From an uncultured Gammaproteobacteria bacterium (lineage in GTDB: Bacteria; Patescibacteriota; Microgenomatia; UBA12405): a DNA stretch of 41,232 nt. Positions 10,178 to 16,804 of the stretch are shown in pieces (the stretch's first letter is position 1; each line of letters begins with the position of its first letter). The position numbers and the translations under genes are program-made. The notes under the pieces are model-generated. The model did not search any database, was not told the DNA's origin, and saw only the letters and a list, made by a program, of their open reading frames with translations. Location of the stretch: assembly GCA_964405765.1 (NCBI GenBank), contig CAYOPC010000004.1, forward strand, positions 1 to 41,232. The letters run 5' to 3'.

Positions 10178-10197
10178 TAACCCCGAAAACGGAGTTA
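10171..10197 (-). terminator. rho-independent terminator downstream of the recombinase gene
   Basis: The minus strand reads TAACTCCG-TTTT-CGGGGTTA followed by TTTTTTT. Confidence 0.55.
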
Positions 10198-10219
10198 TTA
10201 ATTAATCACGTAATTATTT

Positions 10220-11086
10220 TTATAATTCTTTGAGTTTGATACCGCGGGCTTCGTCTTTGGCTTCGATTAATTCAAGGTATTTTTCGGTAGTAGAAATACG
10301 TTTGTGACCGACGACTTGAGAGACAACATCAATAGGAACACCGGATTTGAGTTGAAAGACAATAAAAGTGTTACGTAAGTCGTTAACTTTGATGTCTTTA
10401 AGATCAGCTTTATTAAAAAACCGATTTAAAAGACTTCTGATATTTCTGGCTAATAAAGTTTTGCCGGTTTTGGTAACAAAAACATTTTTTGAGCGGCCAG
10501 GATAGCGGCCTTCGGCTAAGTATTTTTGGAGGGCAAGTTTAGCAGAATTGTTTAACGGGACGTTTCTAGACGGATGGCTCTCATAACTTTCAATAAAAAT
10601 ATCGTTATCTTTGATATTGTCTAATTTTAAGTTTTCGATTTCTTTGATACGAAGTCCGGCCTGAAGCATAAGTTCAACGATAGCAGTAGCCCGAGTGTCA
10701 TTACGGCAGGCATCACGAAGTGAACGGTATTCAATTGGTTTTAAGATTTTTGGAGTATCATTTTCATATTTGGGATGTTTAACTTCAGTTGACGGATCAA
10801 TTTCAATTAAGGCTTCATTTTTTAAGAAAGAAAAAAAATTCTTAATAGAATTAAGCTTACGGGAAATTGATTTGGCAGTATAGTCGTTTTTAGCTAAATC
10901 TTCCTTGAAATCGTTAATATGTTCCGGAGTAATGAGATTAATATCTCCTACTCCTCTGGCTGACAAAAAAGCAAACAATTGGTTGATATCACCCTTGTAG
11001 GCTACAATAGTATTAGTGGACTTGCCTTTCTGGGTAAGCGCCTGAGTGAAGGTATTTAATGAACTATTGAAAGATAAATCAGCCAT
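10220..11086 (-). CDS. tyrosine recombinase, XerC/XerD family
   Basis: N-terminal SAM-like domain (NTIVAYKGDINQLFAFL). Catalytic region has AGLRIKEI and VVGHKRISTTEKYLEL (the R..H-x-x-R..Y pattern). Confidence 0.85.
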   Translation of the reverse strand: MADLSFNSSLNTFTQALTQKGKSTNTIVAYKGDINQLFAFLSARGVGDINLITPEHINDFKEDLAKNDYTAKSISRKLNSIKNFFSFLKNEALIEIDPSTEVKHPKYENDTPKILKPIEYRSLRDACRNDTRATAIVELMLQAGLRIKEIENLKLDNIKDNDIFIESYESHPSRNVPLNNSAKLALQKYLAEGRYPGRSKNVFVTKTGKTLLARNIRSLLNRFFNKADLKDIKVNDLRNTFIVFQLKSGVPIDVVSQVVGHKRISTTEKYLELIEAKDEARGIKLKEL

Positions 11087-11144
11087 GGTTATAGATATTT
11101 AAAACGACTTATAATAACATAAATTAGGACAATTTACAAATACT

Positions 11145-11504
11145 ATGAAAAGAATAAAGAATTCAGTATTATTAATACTGTCAATAATTATCCTAATATC
11201 AACAATTTTTAATGTTATAAACCAGTATAACACCCTGAAAAGAGCCAAGAAAAAAAATGAGGAACTTAGGGTAAGTCTGGAAAAAATGGAAACCAAAAAA
11301 CAACAATTAATTAAAAAAATAGAATATGCGACGACCAGTGCTTATATAGACCAACAAAAGAGGGAATTGTTGGCTTTGGGGACAGAGGGAGATGTATGGT
11401 TGGATTTGCCTAAAAATGAAGAGAAAATGGAATATAAACCAGAGATAAATGAGACAACAACAGAAACAAATTGGGAAAAGTGGATAAAACTGTTTACTGA
11501 TTAA
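11145..11504 (+). CDS. FtsB/DivIC-like septum-formation protein (single TM + coiled coil)
   Basis: 119 aa. An N-terminal TM helix is followed by a heptad-rich segment (KKKNEELRVSLEKMETKKQQLIKKIEY). The call rests on architecture only. Confidence 0.4.
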   Translation: MKRIKNSVLLILSIIILISTIFNVINQYNTLKRAKKKNEELRVSLEKMETKKQQLIKKIEYATTSAYIDQQKRELLALGTEGDVWLDLPKNEEKMEYKPEINETTTETNWEKWIKLFTD

Positions 11505-11570
11505 AAAACTTGTGCTAAACTTCCACCACTGAAGTCACCTAAACTTAGTTTGAGGTGGACTTAGGCAACA

Positions 11571-11640
11571 TGCGGGGTAGTGTACGGCTGCACGTGAGGC
11601 TCATAATCTCACAGACCTGGTTCAACTCTAGGCCCCGCAA
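11571..11640 (+). tRNA. tRNA with anticodon CAT (Met or Ile2)
   Basis: Hand fold: acceptor TGCGGGG/CCCCGCA, D arm GTGT-ACGGCT-GCAC, anticodon arm TGAGG-CTCATAA-TCTCA, T arm CCTGG-TTCAACT-CTAGG, discriminator A. The D loop is short and no CCA is encoded. Confidence 0.6.
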
Positions 11641-11650
11641 CAAACAAAGA

Positions 11651-11678
11651 GGTCGTCATTAGTTTGACGGCTTTTTTG
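11651..11678 (+). terminator. rho-independent terminator after the tRNA
   Basis: GGTCGTCA-TTAGTT-TGACGGCT followed by TTTTTTG. Confidence 0.55.
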
Positions 11679-11704
11679 TTGAAAAATATTTTCAGAAGGC
11701 ATAT

Positions 11705-11732
11705 TTGACTATGCCCGATATATAGGTATAAT
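11705..11732 (+). promoter_or_regulatory. near-consensus sigma-70 promoter at the left edge of the islet
   Basis: TTGACT, 16 nt, TATAAT. Confidence 0.5.
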
Positions 11733-11790
11733 ACACCAGATAATACTATGTTACTCGATATAAGTATTATGAAATTAAGCACTTTAAAAT

Positions 11791-11847
11791 CTAGAAGGGA
11801 TGTATTTGGGTCATAAATTAAAAATGATTTAAATACATCCTTTCTAG
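11791..11847 (+). repeat. 17-nt inverted repeat (long hairpin) in the islet 5' leader
   Basis: CTAGAAGGGATGTATTT ... AAATACATCCTTTCTAG with one mismatch and a 23-nt spacer, immediately upstream of the AAGGAGG ribosome-binding site. Confidence 0.7.
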
Positions 11848-11877
11848 GAAAGGAATACTTTGAAAGGAGGGAAAGCG

Positions 11878-12159
11878 GTGGAAAGTTGGATAAGATTTGC
11901 CCAACCAACCTTGATTCCAGCGGTGGAATGGGTGCTGGCGGTACTTTTGCTGACAGTGGTAGCGGTGGTGATAGCAAAAAATTGTACTGACGATAGGCTG
12001 ATTAAGAGACGAATAATCTTAATCGGTACGGCTATCATCTGTATAATTATTGTGACTACTGCCGTGAGGCTGATTGAAGCATGGATAACCAACTCTACTG
12101 GCCGAACGACAATTGACACTCAATCAATCAACTACGACCGGTTTTCGCCAGAAAAATAG
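11878..12159 (+). CDS. small two-TM membrane protein
   Basis: GTG start 6 nt after AAGGAGGG, and two hydrophobic helices. GC-rich codon usage matches the following gene. The tracked ORF starts at a TTG at 11860. Confidence 0.5.
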   Translation: MESWIRFAQPTLIPAVEWVLAVLLLTVVAVVIAKNCTDDRLIKRRIILIGTAIICIIIVTTAVRLIEAWITNSTGRTTIDTQSINYDRFSPEK

Positions 12160-12183
12160 GAAAATAGAGAGAGGTATAAGGCA

Positions 12184-13137
12184 ATGAAGAAGTGGAAATC
12201 ATTCCTGGTTCTGGTCCTGACGGTGGTGATTGTTCTGGCGATGACAGCCTGTAGTGTCGGTAACTATGTGAACATTCCTTCCGGATACGTGGGAAAAATT
12301 CTGAGACCGACCGGTTGGGACGAGGATTGGTTGACGGCGGGTCAGGTTGATCTGGGAATTGCCAATAATAATGGTAGTTACAATCAGCTTGTCTTGCTAC
12401 AGACTACCAGCGAGACTTATCTGGAGGCATTTGGTTCGATCGGGAGTTTTACTGATGGTCAGGATCATAGGATTTTGACACAGGACGGTGTGCCCTGTGA
12501 AGTCAACGTGACACTGAGAATGATTGTTCCTGAGGATAACGATTCCCGGGATGCAATTTTGGCTCAGGTGAGTCCGAAGCAGCTTTACAGCAACCTATCT
12601 ACAGTTACCGGTATAACCGTTTCGGATATCTATTTGAAATTCGCCCAATCGGAGGTAAGAAGCGTAATTCGAGCAACTTTGGCAATGTACGAAAGCTACA
12701 ATGCCATTTATGCCGATTACGCCAATGTTTCTGATAAGTTGGGTGAGAAAATCGGTGTGATATTCGATAAGGCTGGCGTGCCATTGAAGCTAATGCAGGT
12801 GGCTCTGTCGAATGTGAAACCTGACGAGACAGTGTGGTCGGCAAAGAATCAAAACGCAGCGGCGGCATCACAAGTATCGACCATCCAAGAGGTTGGTAAG
12901 GCAATAGAGGCCAACCCGGGATATCTGGAGTACATGAAGTGGCAATATCTTAAGGATATTGCTCAGACAGGAACTAATGTAACTATCGTTATCGGTGATA
13001 GTGGTGACAGCAACAATGCAGCGAATGACTTTGCGGCAGCGCAATATGTCATTGATAAACTGGAGGAGAGACTTCAGTTGCGCCAACCTCAGCCCCTGCT
13101 GAACAATCAAAGTAAGACATCTAGGGCTCTGGGGTGA
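12184..13137 (+). CDS. SPFH/band-7-like lipoprotein
   Basis: Signal peptide with a lipobox-like LAMTAC. The mature part begins NIPSGYVGKIL.., like SPFH-domain N-termini. It has a central alpha/beta segment and an Ala/Gln-rich helical tail (NQNAAAASQVSTIQEVGKAIEANPGYLEY). Confidence 0.55.
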   Translation: MKKWKSFLVLVLTVVIVLAMTACSVGNYVNIPSGYVGKILRPTGWDEDWLTAGQVDLGIANNNGSYNQLVLLQTTSETYLEAFGSIGSFTDGQDHRILTQDGVPCEVNVTLRMIVPEDNDSRDAILAQVSPKQLYSNLSTVTGITVSDIYLKFAQSEVRSVIRATLAMYESYNAIYADYANVSDKLGEKIGVIFDKAGVPLKLMQVALSNVKPDETVWSAKNQNAAAASQVSTIQEVGKAIEANPGYLEYMKWQYLKDIAQTGTNVTIVIGDSGDSNNAANDFAAAQYVIDKLEERLQLRQPQPLLNNQSKTSRALG

Positions 13138-13214
13138 GAGTATGTGGAAACACAAACTCTTTACCCGGGGCCCTAATTAATTAAAATATTGGTATAATTT
13201 CTGGTACAAATCAA

Positions 13215-13288
13215 GGCAGGGTAGCTCAGCTGGTTAGAGCGTAGCATTCATAACGCTAAGGTCGCGGGTTCGAGCCCCGCCCCTGCTA
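13215..13288 (+). tRNA. tRNA with anticodon CAT (Met or Ile2)
   Basis: Cloverleaf GGCAGGG-TA-GCTC-AGCTGGTTA-GAGC-G-TAGCA-TTCATAA-CGCTA-AGGTC-GCGGG-TTCGAGC-CCCGC-CCCTGCT-A. There is one A:C mismatch at 31:39, and a TATAAT box at 13193. Confidence 0.8.
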
Positions 13289-13293
13289 CACAT

Positions 13294-13328
13294 TAGATAT
13301 TAGATGATAGATCTTAGATCGTAGAAAA
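13294..13328 (+). repeat. five tandem heptads TAGATNN
   Basis: TAGATAT TAGATGA TAGATCT TAGATCG TAGAAAA, lying between two tRNA genes. Confidence 0.7.
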
Positions 13329-13337
13329 TTAAAATAA

Positions 13338-13391
13338 GGGTATGTAGCTCAGTTGGTTAGAGCAGTCCGAAATTTCGGACGAGTCCATGGT
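13338..13391 (+). pseudogene. 5' portion of a tRNA-like gene (acceptor 5' strand to T-stem 5' strand), truncated
   Basis: GGGTATG-TA-GCTC-AGTTGGTTA-GAGC-A-GTCCGAAATTTCGGAC-GAGTC-CATGG, then unrelated sequence. There is no matching 3' acceptor strand until 13552..13558. Confidence 0.6.
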
Positions 13392-13423
13392 TATATTAAG
13401 ATATATGGATACTTTAAAAATTT

Positions 13424-13497
13424 GGATGCATAGCTCAGTTGGTTAGAGCACCGATCTTATAAGTCGGGGGTCCATGGTCCGAGTCCATGTGCATCCA
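13424..13497 (+). tRNA. tRNA-Ile (anticodon TAT)
   Basis: Cloverleaf GGATGCA-TA-GCTC-AGTTGGTTA-GAGC-A-CCGAT-CTTATAA-GTCGG-GGGTC-CATGG-TCCGAGT-CCATG-TGCATCC-A. Confidence 0.8.
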
Positions 13498-13502
13498 CAA
13501 AA

Positions 13503-13559
13503 TGGTTAGAGCAGTCCGAAATTTCGGACGAGTCCATGGTCTGAGTCCATGCATACCCA
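13503..13559 (+). pseudogene. 3' portion of the same tRNA-like gene (D-loop to 3' end), lacking a 5' acceptor strand
   Basis: Repeats 38 nt of 13354..13391 exactly, then continues CTGAGT-CCATG-CATACCC-A. That supplies the T loop, T stem and an acceptor strand complementary to GGGTATG at 13338. Confidence 0.6.
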
Positions 13560-13719
13560 CCCGTGGTACTGAAAAATATTTTGCTTGTAAATATATCCCC
13601 CTCTTTCATTCGATCAAGGAAATCTACTATTATCTTGAATTAAGCAGGGTCAACAGGTCTGGAGTCTCCGCCAGAAGCGGACAGGCATGCATGCCCACAA
13701 AAAAATTAGTATCTAATAT

Positions 13720-14139
13720 TTAGATTGCTAAGAGAACGAAGCCACCGGTCATGAGAATTCCAGCTATAATGGTTTTCCAAGTAAAAGTTTCGTGGAAGAA
13801 AAATACTCCTAGTATGGCTGAAAATAGGGGATAAAATAATGTCATAAGAGAAGCCAAAGTTAGTGATGGAGCCTTTTGAAAGCCATAAATATATAAAAAT
13901 TCGGCAACAACTAACCAAATAAAAGCACACAGAATAAAAGGCCAGATATTTTTGAAGGTGAATTGACCGATGGTATTTTTGAAGCCGATAAATAAAATCG
14001 GCAGAAAAATTAAACCGCTAATGACCGCCATTAAGCTACTAACGAGTAATGGATTGTAGTTGTTTAAAAATTTTCTGATTAAAACTCCACCAAAAGCATA
14101 AGCTATCTGAGCAAATATAATTAAAATTAGTCCAAACAT
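13720..14139 (-). CDS. EamA/DMT-family small membrane transporter (single EamA domain)
   Basis: 139 aa with 4-5 TM helices. The N-terminus LIIFAQIAYAFGGVLIRKFL is typical of EamA domains. Confidence 0.6.
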   Translation of the reverse strand: MFGLILIIFAQIAYAFGGVLIRKFLNNYNPLLVSSLMAVISGLIFLPILFIGFKNTIGQFTFKNIWPFILCAFIWLVVAEFLYIYGFQKAPSLTLASLMTLFYPLFSAILGVFFFHETFTWKTIIAGILMTGGFVLLAI

Positions 14140-14143
14140 AGGT

Positions 14144-15154
14144 TTATTTTAATATTCCCATAGCAGTAAGGACGTCGTCGAGGGTGGTTTGGGCCTCGAG
14201 AGCAGCTTTTTTGCTTCCCTCTTCGATAATACTGTCGATAATATCGAATTTACCTTCATATTGAGCGCGTCGCTCACGAATTGGAGTTAAAAATTTGTTA
14301 ATGGCTAAAGCTAGCTTGGTTTTGACTTCGACATCACCTACTTGACCAATCAAATAACGCTTCTTAAGATCATCAACTTCGGCTTGGTTATCATTGAAAG
14401 CATCGTGATAAATAAAAACCGGATTACCTTCGACATGACCTGGATCGGTGGGTTTGAGATGGGTGGGGTCGGTATACATACCTTTAACCTTTTTATTAAC
14501 AGTCTCCTCATCATCAGAAAGATAAATACAGTTACCAATAGATTTGCTCATTTTAGCCTGGCCATCAGTACCAATTAAAGTGCCGCCGTCACCAATCAGG
14601 GCTTTGGGTACAGGGAAAACTTCACCATAAAGTTTGTTGAAATCACGGGCAATTTCGCGGGTAACTTCGACGTGACTTTCCTGATCTTTACCGACGGGAA
14701 CTAAATTAGCTTTGACCATAAGAATATCGGCAGCCTGAAGAACCGGGTAGTTTAATAGTCCTAAAGACGGCTGTTCGATGTGAAGATCATGCATAATATC
14801 TTTGAGCGTCGGAACCCGTTGAGCTCGGGGAACAGTGACTAAATTAGTGAATATGGTGGAAAGATAAGTAACTTGTGGAACACGACTTTGCTGATAAATA
14901 ACACATTTGGCCGGGTCAATGCCAACAGAAAGGTAATCAAGGACTAATCCCCTAACCCGGTCGCGAATAGTGGAAGTACGTTCTTGGGAAAAATTGGTAG
15001 TTAAAGTATGAAGATCGGCTATAATAAAAAAACAGTCGAATTCATCCTGAAGTTTAACCCGATTTTTGAGGCTGCCAATGTAGTGGCCTAAATGAAGCGG
15101 ACCGGTTGGCCGGTCACCGGTAAGAATGCGAGGTTTTTGATTTGTTTGAGTCAT
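14144..15154 (-). CDS. trpS: tryptophan--tRNA ligase
   Basis: Class I motifs TGPLHLGHYIG (HIGH) and KMSKS, with TrpRS-like size (336 aa) and sequence. Confidence 0.92.
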   Translation of the reverse strand: MTQTNQKPRILTGDRPTGPLHLGHYIGSLKNRVKLQDEFDCFFIIADLHTLTTNFSQERTSTIRDRVRGLVLDYLSVGIDPAKCVIYQQSRVPQVTYLSTIFTNLVTVPRAQRVPTLKDIMHDLHIEQPSLGLLNYPVLQAADILMVKANLVPVGKDQESHVEVTREIARDFNKLYGEVFPVPKALIGDGGTLIGTDGQAKMSKSIGNCIYLSDDEETVNKKVKGMYTDPTHLKPTDPGHVEGNPVFIYHDAFNDNQAEVDDLKKRYLIGQVGDVEVKTKLALAINKFLTPIRERRAQYEGKFDIIDSIIEEGSKKAALEAQTTLDDVLTAMGILK

Positions 15155-15267
15155 AAGTTTATTGATAGTTAAATTTTAACATTAAGAAAAAAGATTACTC
15201 CGATAAATCGGAGTTTGATAAATAGGCAAAATTTCTTCGTCTTTAACTTGAAATTTAGTCCTATTTA

Positions 15268-15392
15268 ACAAAAAAAATCTCCCAATTGTCGGGAGATTTG
15301 GATATTTTTAAAAAATAGTTTTATGCCGTTAAAACATCTCCCGATTGGGCTAGTTGAAGTCGCCAAGAACGAGATAATTTTATGAATGACAT
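15268..15392 (-). promoter_or_regulatory. putative transcription attenuator in the trpS leader (leader ORF, antiterminator, terminator)
   Basis: The minus strand has a 23-codon ORF (15392..15321, MSFIKLSRSWRLQLAQSGDVLTA) with one in-frame TGG. The segment CCCAATCGGGAGAT can pair with the 5' arm of the downstream hairpin AAATCTCCC-GACAATT-GGGAGATTT, which is followed by TTTTTTTT. Confidence 0.4.
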
Positions 15393-15423
15393 AGTTGAGA
15401 GAATAATAGCACAAATTTAGGAC

Positions 15424-15475
15424 AAAACCCACCCCCTCCGAAATTTCGGAGACTCTCCCTTGATGAAGGGAGGGC
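15424..15475 (+). repeat. palindromic repeat unit (type E-like)
   Basis: AAAACCCACCCCCTCCGAAATTTCGGAGACTCTCCCTTGATGAAGGGAGGGC. Its first hairpin holds the 14-mer TCCGAAATTTCGGA, which is also found in the tRNA-like gene at 13366 and 13515. Confidence 0.8.
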
Positions 15476-15507
15476 TTTATAAAAAAAATATTTTATTAAA
15501 GAGAAAT

Positions 15508-15537
15508 GTGACAAAAATTATTTTTTGTTGGTATAAT
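15508..15537 (+). promoter_or_regulatory. candidate sigma-70 promoter for rplY
   Basis: GTGACA, 18 nt, TATAAT. The context GGTATAATACACC is also seen at the islet promoter (11725). Confidence 0.45.
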
Positions 15538-15613
15538 ACACCTTAGTTTATAAGAGCCGAGGTCAGGTAGTCCCGCAGCGGCGGGACGAAGGGGCGCTAG
15601 GCAGACAAAAATA

Positions 15614-16294
15614 ATGACCAAAGAAAAACATCAAGTGAAGGCAACCACCAGAACTGTTGCTGGGAGAAAAGTTAAACACTTAAGAAAAGAGGGGTTTTTA
15701 CCAGCAACTGTTTATGGAAAAGCTTTTGAGTCTTTATCGGTTCAGTTTAATGCGGCTGAAATTGAAAAATTATTTAATGACATTGGAGAATCAACTTTAG
15801 TTGAGGTGATTTTGGATGAAAAAGAAAAATTACCTGTTCTTTTTAGAAACCCTCAATACCATCCAGTGGAAGGAAATATGATTCATATTGACTGTTATAA
15901 AGTTAATTTGAAAGAAAAGATTTCGGCAATGGTACCAATTGAATTTGTAGGCGAATCTCAAGCGGTTAAAGATGGTAATACTTTGGTAACAGTTACTGAT
16001 GAAGTAGAAATTGAAGCTTTGCCAGCTGATTTGCCAGAAAGTATTGAAGTTGATTTGGCGGTTTTGGATAATTTGGAAGCAACTATTACTGTGGCTGATC
16101 TAAAAATTGATACTTCTAAACTAGAAGTTTTGACTGATGCTGAACAATTGATTGCTAAGGTTGAAGAACCACGAGCTGAAGAAGAAGTGGCTCCGGTTGA
16201 AGAAACAACTCCGGTTGATGTACCAGCGATGAATCAAAAGACTGACGAAGAAAAGGAAGCTACAGCTAAAGCCAAAGAGGAAGAAAAAGAATAA
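15614..16294 (+). CDS. rplY: 50S ribosomal protein L25/general stress protein Ctc
   Basis: The N-terminal GRKVKHLRKEGFLPATVYGK motif and an acidic C-terminal extension are typical of long-form L25/Ctc. Confidence 0.9.
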   Translation: MTKEKHQVKATTRTVAGRKVKHLRKEGFLPATVYGKAFESLSVQFNAAEIEKLFNDIGESTLVEVILDEKEKLPVLFRNPQYHPVEGNMIHIDCYKVNLKEKISAMVPIEFVGESQAVKDGNTLVTVTDEVEIEALPADLPESIEVDLAVLDNLEATITVADLKIDTSKLEVLTDAEQLIAKVEEPRAEEEVAPVEETTPVDVPAMNQKTDEEKEATAKAKEEEKE

Positions 16295-16295
16295 T

Positions 16296-16742
16296 TTATT
16301 GAGTAATTTGATAGAAAAGCCTGTCAACGTCGGGCCGAACAGGGTCGAGTTGGTGGGCTTTTTTGATGGAATCGATGGCTAAGTTATTTTCACCTAAAAG
16401 GGACTGAGATTTGGCAAGCTCGATATAATCATCGGCAGTTTTTTGATTATTAACGGCGAGTTGATCAATTTTCTTTTGAAGTTCCTGGGGTTGATGGTTT
16501 AGTTTGTAAGTAATTACTTGATCGGGATTTAATTTATTTTCTAGAGTGGCAGCATGAGCCCAATCCCCATTTTGAACTAAAAGATGCCAAAAATCGAGAC
16601 GACCTAGATAACTGGTACTACCAACTAAACTGGATAAATTAATTTTGGCTTGGGTGTATTTGTCCGGTTTTTTTTGGGAAGAATAGAAATTAGTGGTAAG
16701 AAGAGTGATTAAAATCAGAATAACGAATATTTTAGATTTCAT
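16296..16742 (-). CDS. secreted or membrane-anchored hypothetical protein (TPR-like C-terminus)
   Basis: The ATG at 16742 gives MKSKIFVILILITLL.. (signal/anchor). The C-terminal YIELAKSQSLLGENNLAIDSIKKAHQLDP is TPR-like. Confidence 0.5.
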   Translation of the reverse strand: MKSKIFVILILITLLTTNFYSSQKKPDKYTQAKINLSSLVGSTSYLGRLDFWHLLVQNGDWAHAATLENKLNPDQVITYKLNHQPQELQKKIDQLAVNNQKTADDYIELAKSQSLLGENNLAIDSIKKAHQLDPVRPDVDRLFYQITQ

Positions 16743-16743
16743 A

Positions 16744-16792
16744 CTCAATCTTCCCCTATTCCCCCTTCTTTCACAAGACGGGGGTAAAACAA
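16744..16792 (+). repeat. palindromic repeat unit (type A)
   Basis: CTCAATCTTCCCCTATTCCCCCTTCTTTCACAAGACGGGGGTAAAACAA. Confidence 0.9.
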
Positions 16793-16804
16793 TTCCTTTT
16801 ATAA

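Larger units (their letters stand above)
11681..13190. other. compositionally distinct (GC-richer) islet between tRNA genes
   Basis: Hand counts give 26/60 and 31/60 G+C in lines 12241 and 12781, against 18/60 in a typical line at 8041. CTG/GCG-rich codon usage is unlike the rest of the window. Bounded by tRNA(CAT) at 11571 and the tRNA cluster at 13215. Confidence 0.6.

Noticed and set aside
11609-13155. Minus-strand ORFs in the GC-rich islet (11609..11977, 11844..12119, 12605..12904, 12868..13155)
   Set aside because: They are antisense to the better-supported + strand genes, which have an RBS, a signal peptide and SPFH-like sequence. Long antisense ORFs are expected in GC-richer DNA.
7795-13559. 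Calling the ATPase-recombinase-tRNA-islet region a complete ICE or prophage
   Set aside because: No relaxase, VirB4, capsid or terminase genes, and no clear matching att repeats flanking the whole segment. Only the 1.5-kb islet is compositionally distinct.
13487-13930. Tracked ORFs 13487..13723 (+) and 13706..13930 (-)
   Set aside because: The first starts inside tRNA-Ile(TAT) and runs through tRNA fragments. The second is antisense to the EamA-like gene and is Cys/Ser/Arg-rich in a non-protein-like way.
15155-15420. T-box riboswitch upstream of trpS
   Set aside because: I could not find the conserved T-box sequence (AGGGTGGNACCGCG-like) or the AG-bay/distal-loop motifs on the minus strand. 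The terminator/antiterminator pair is therefore reported as a generic, possibly leader-peptide, attenuator.
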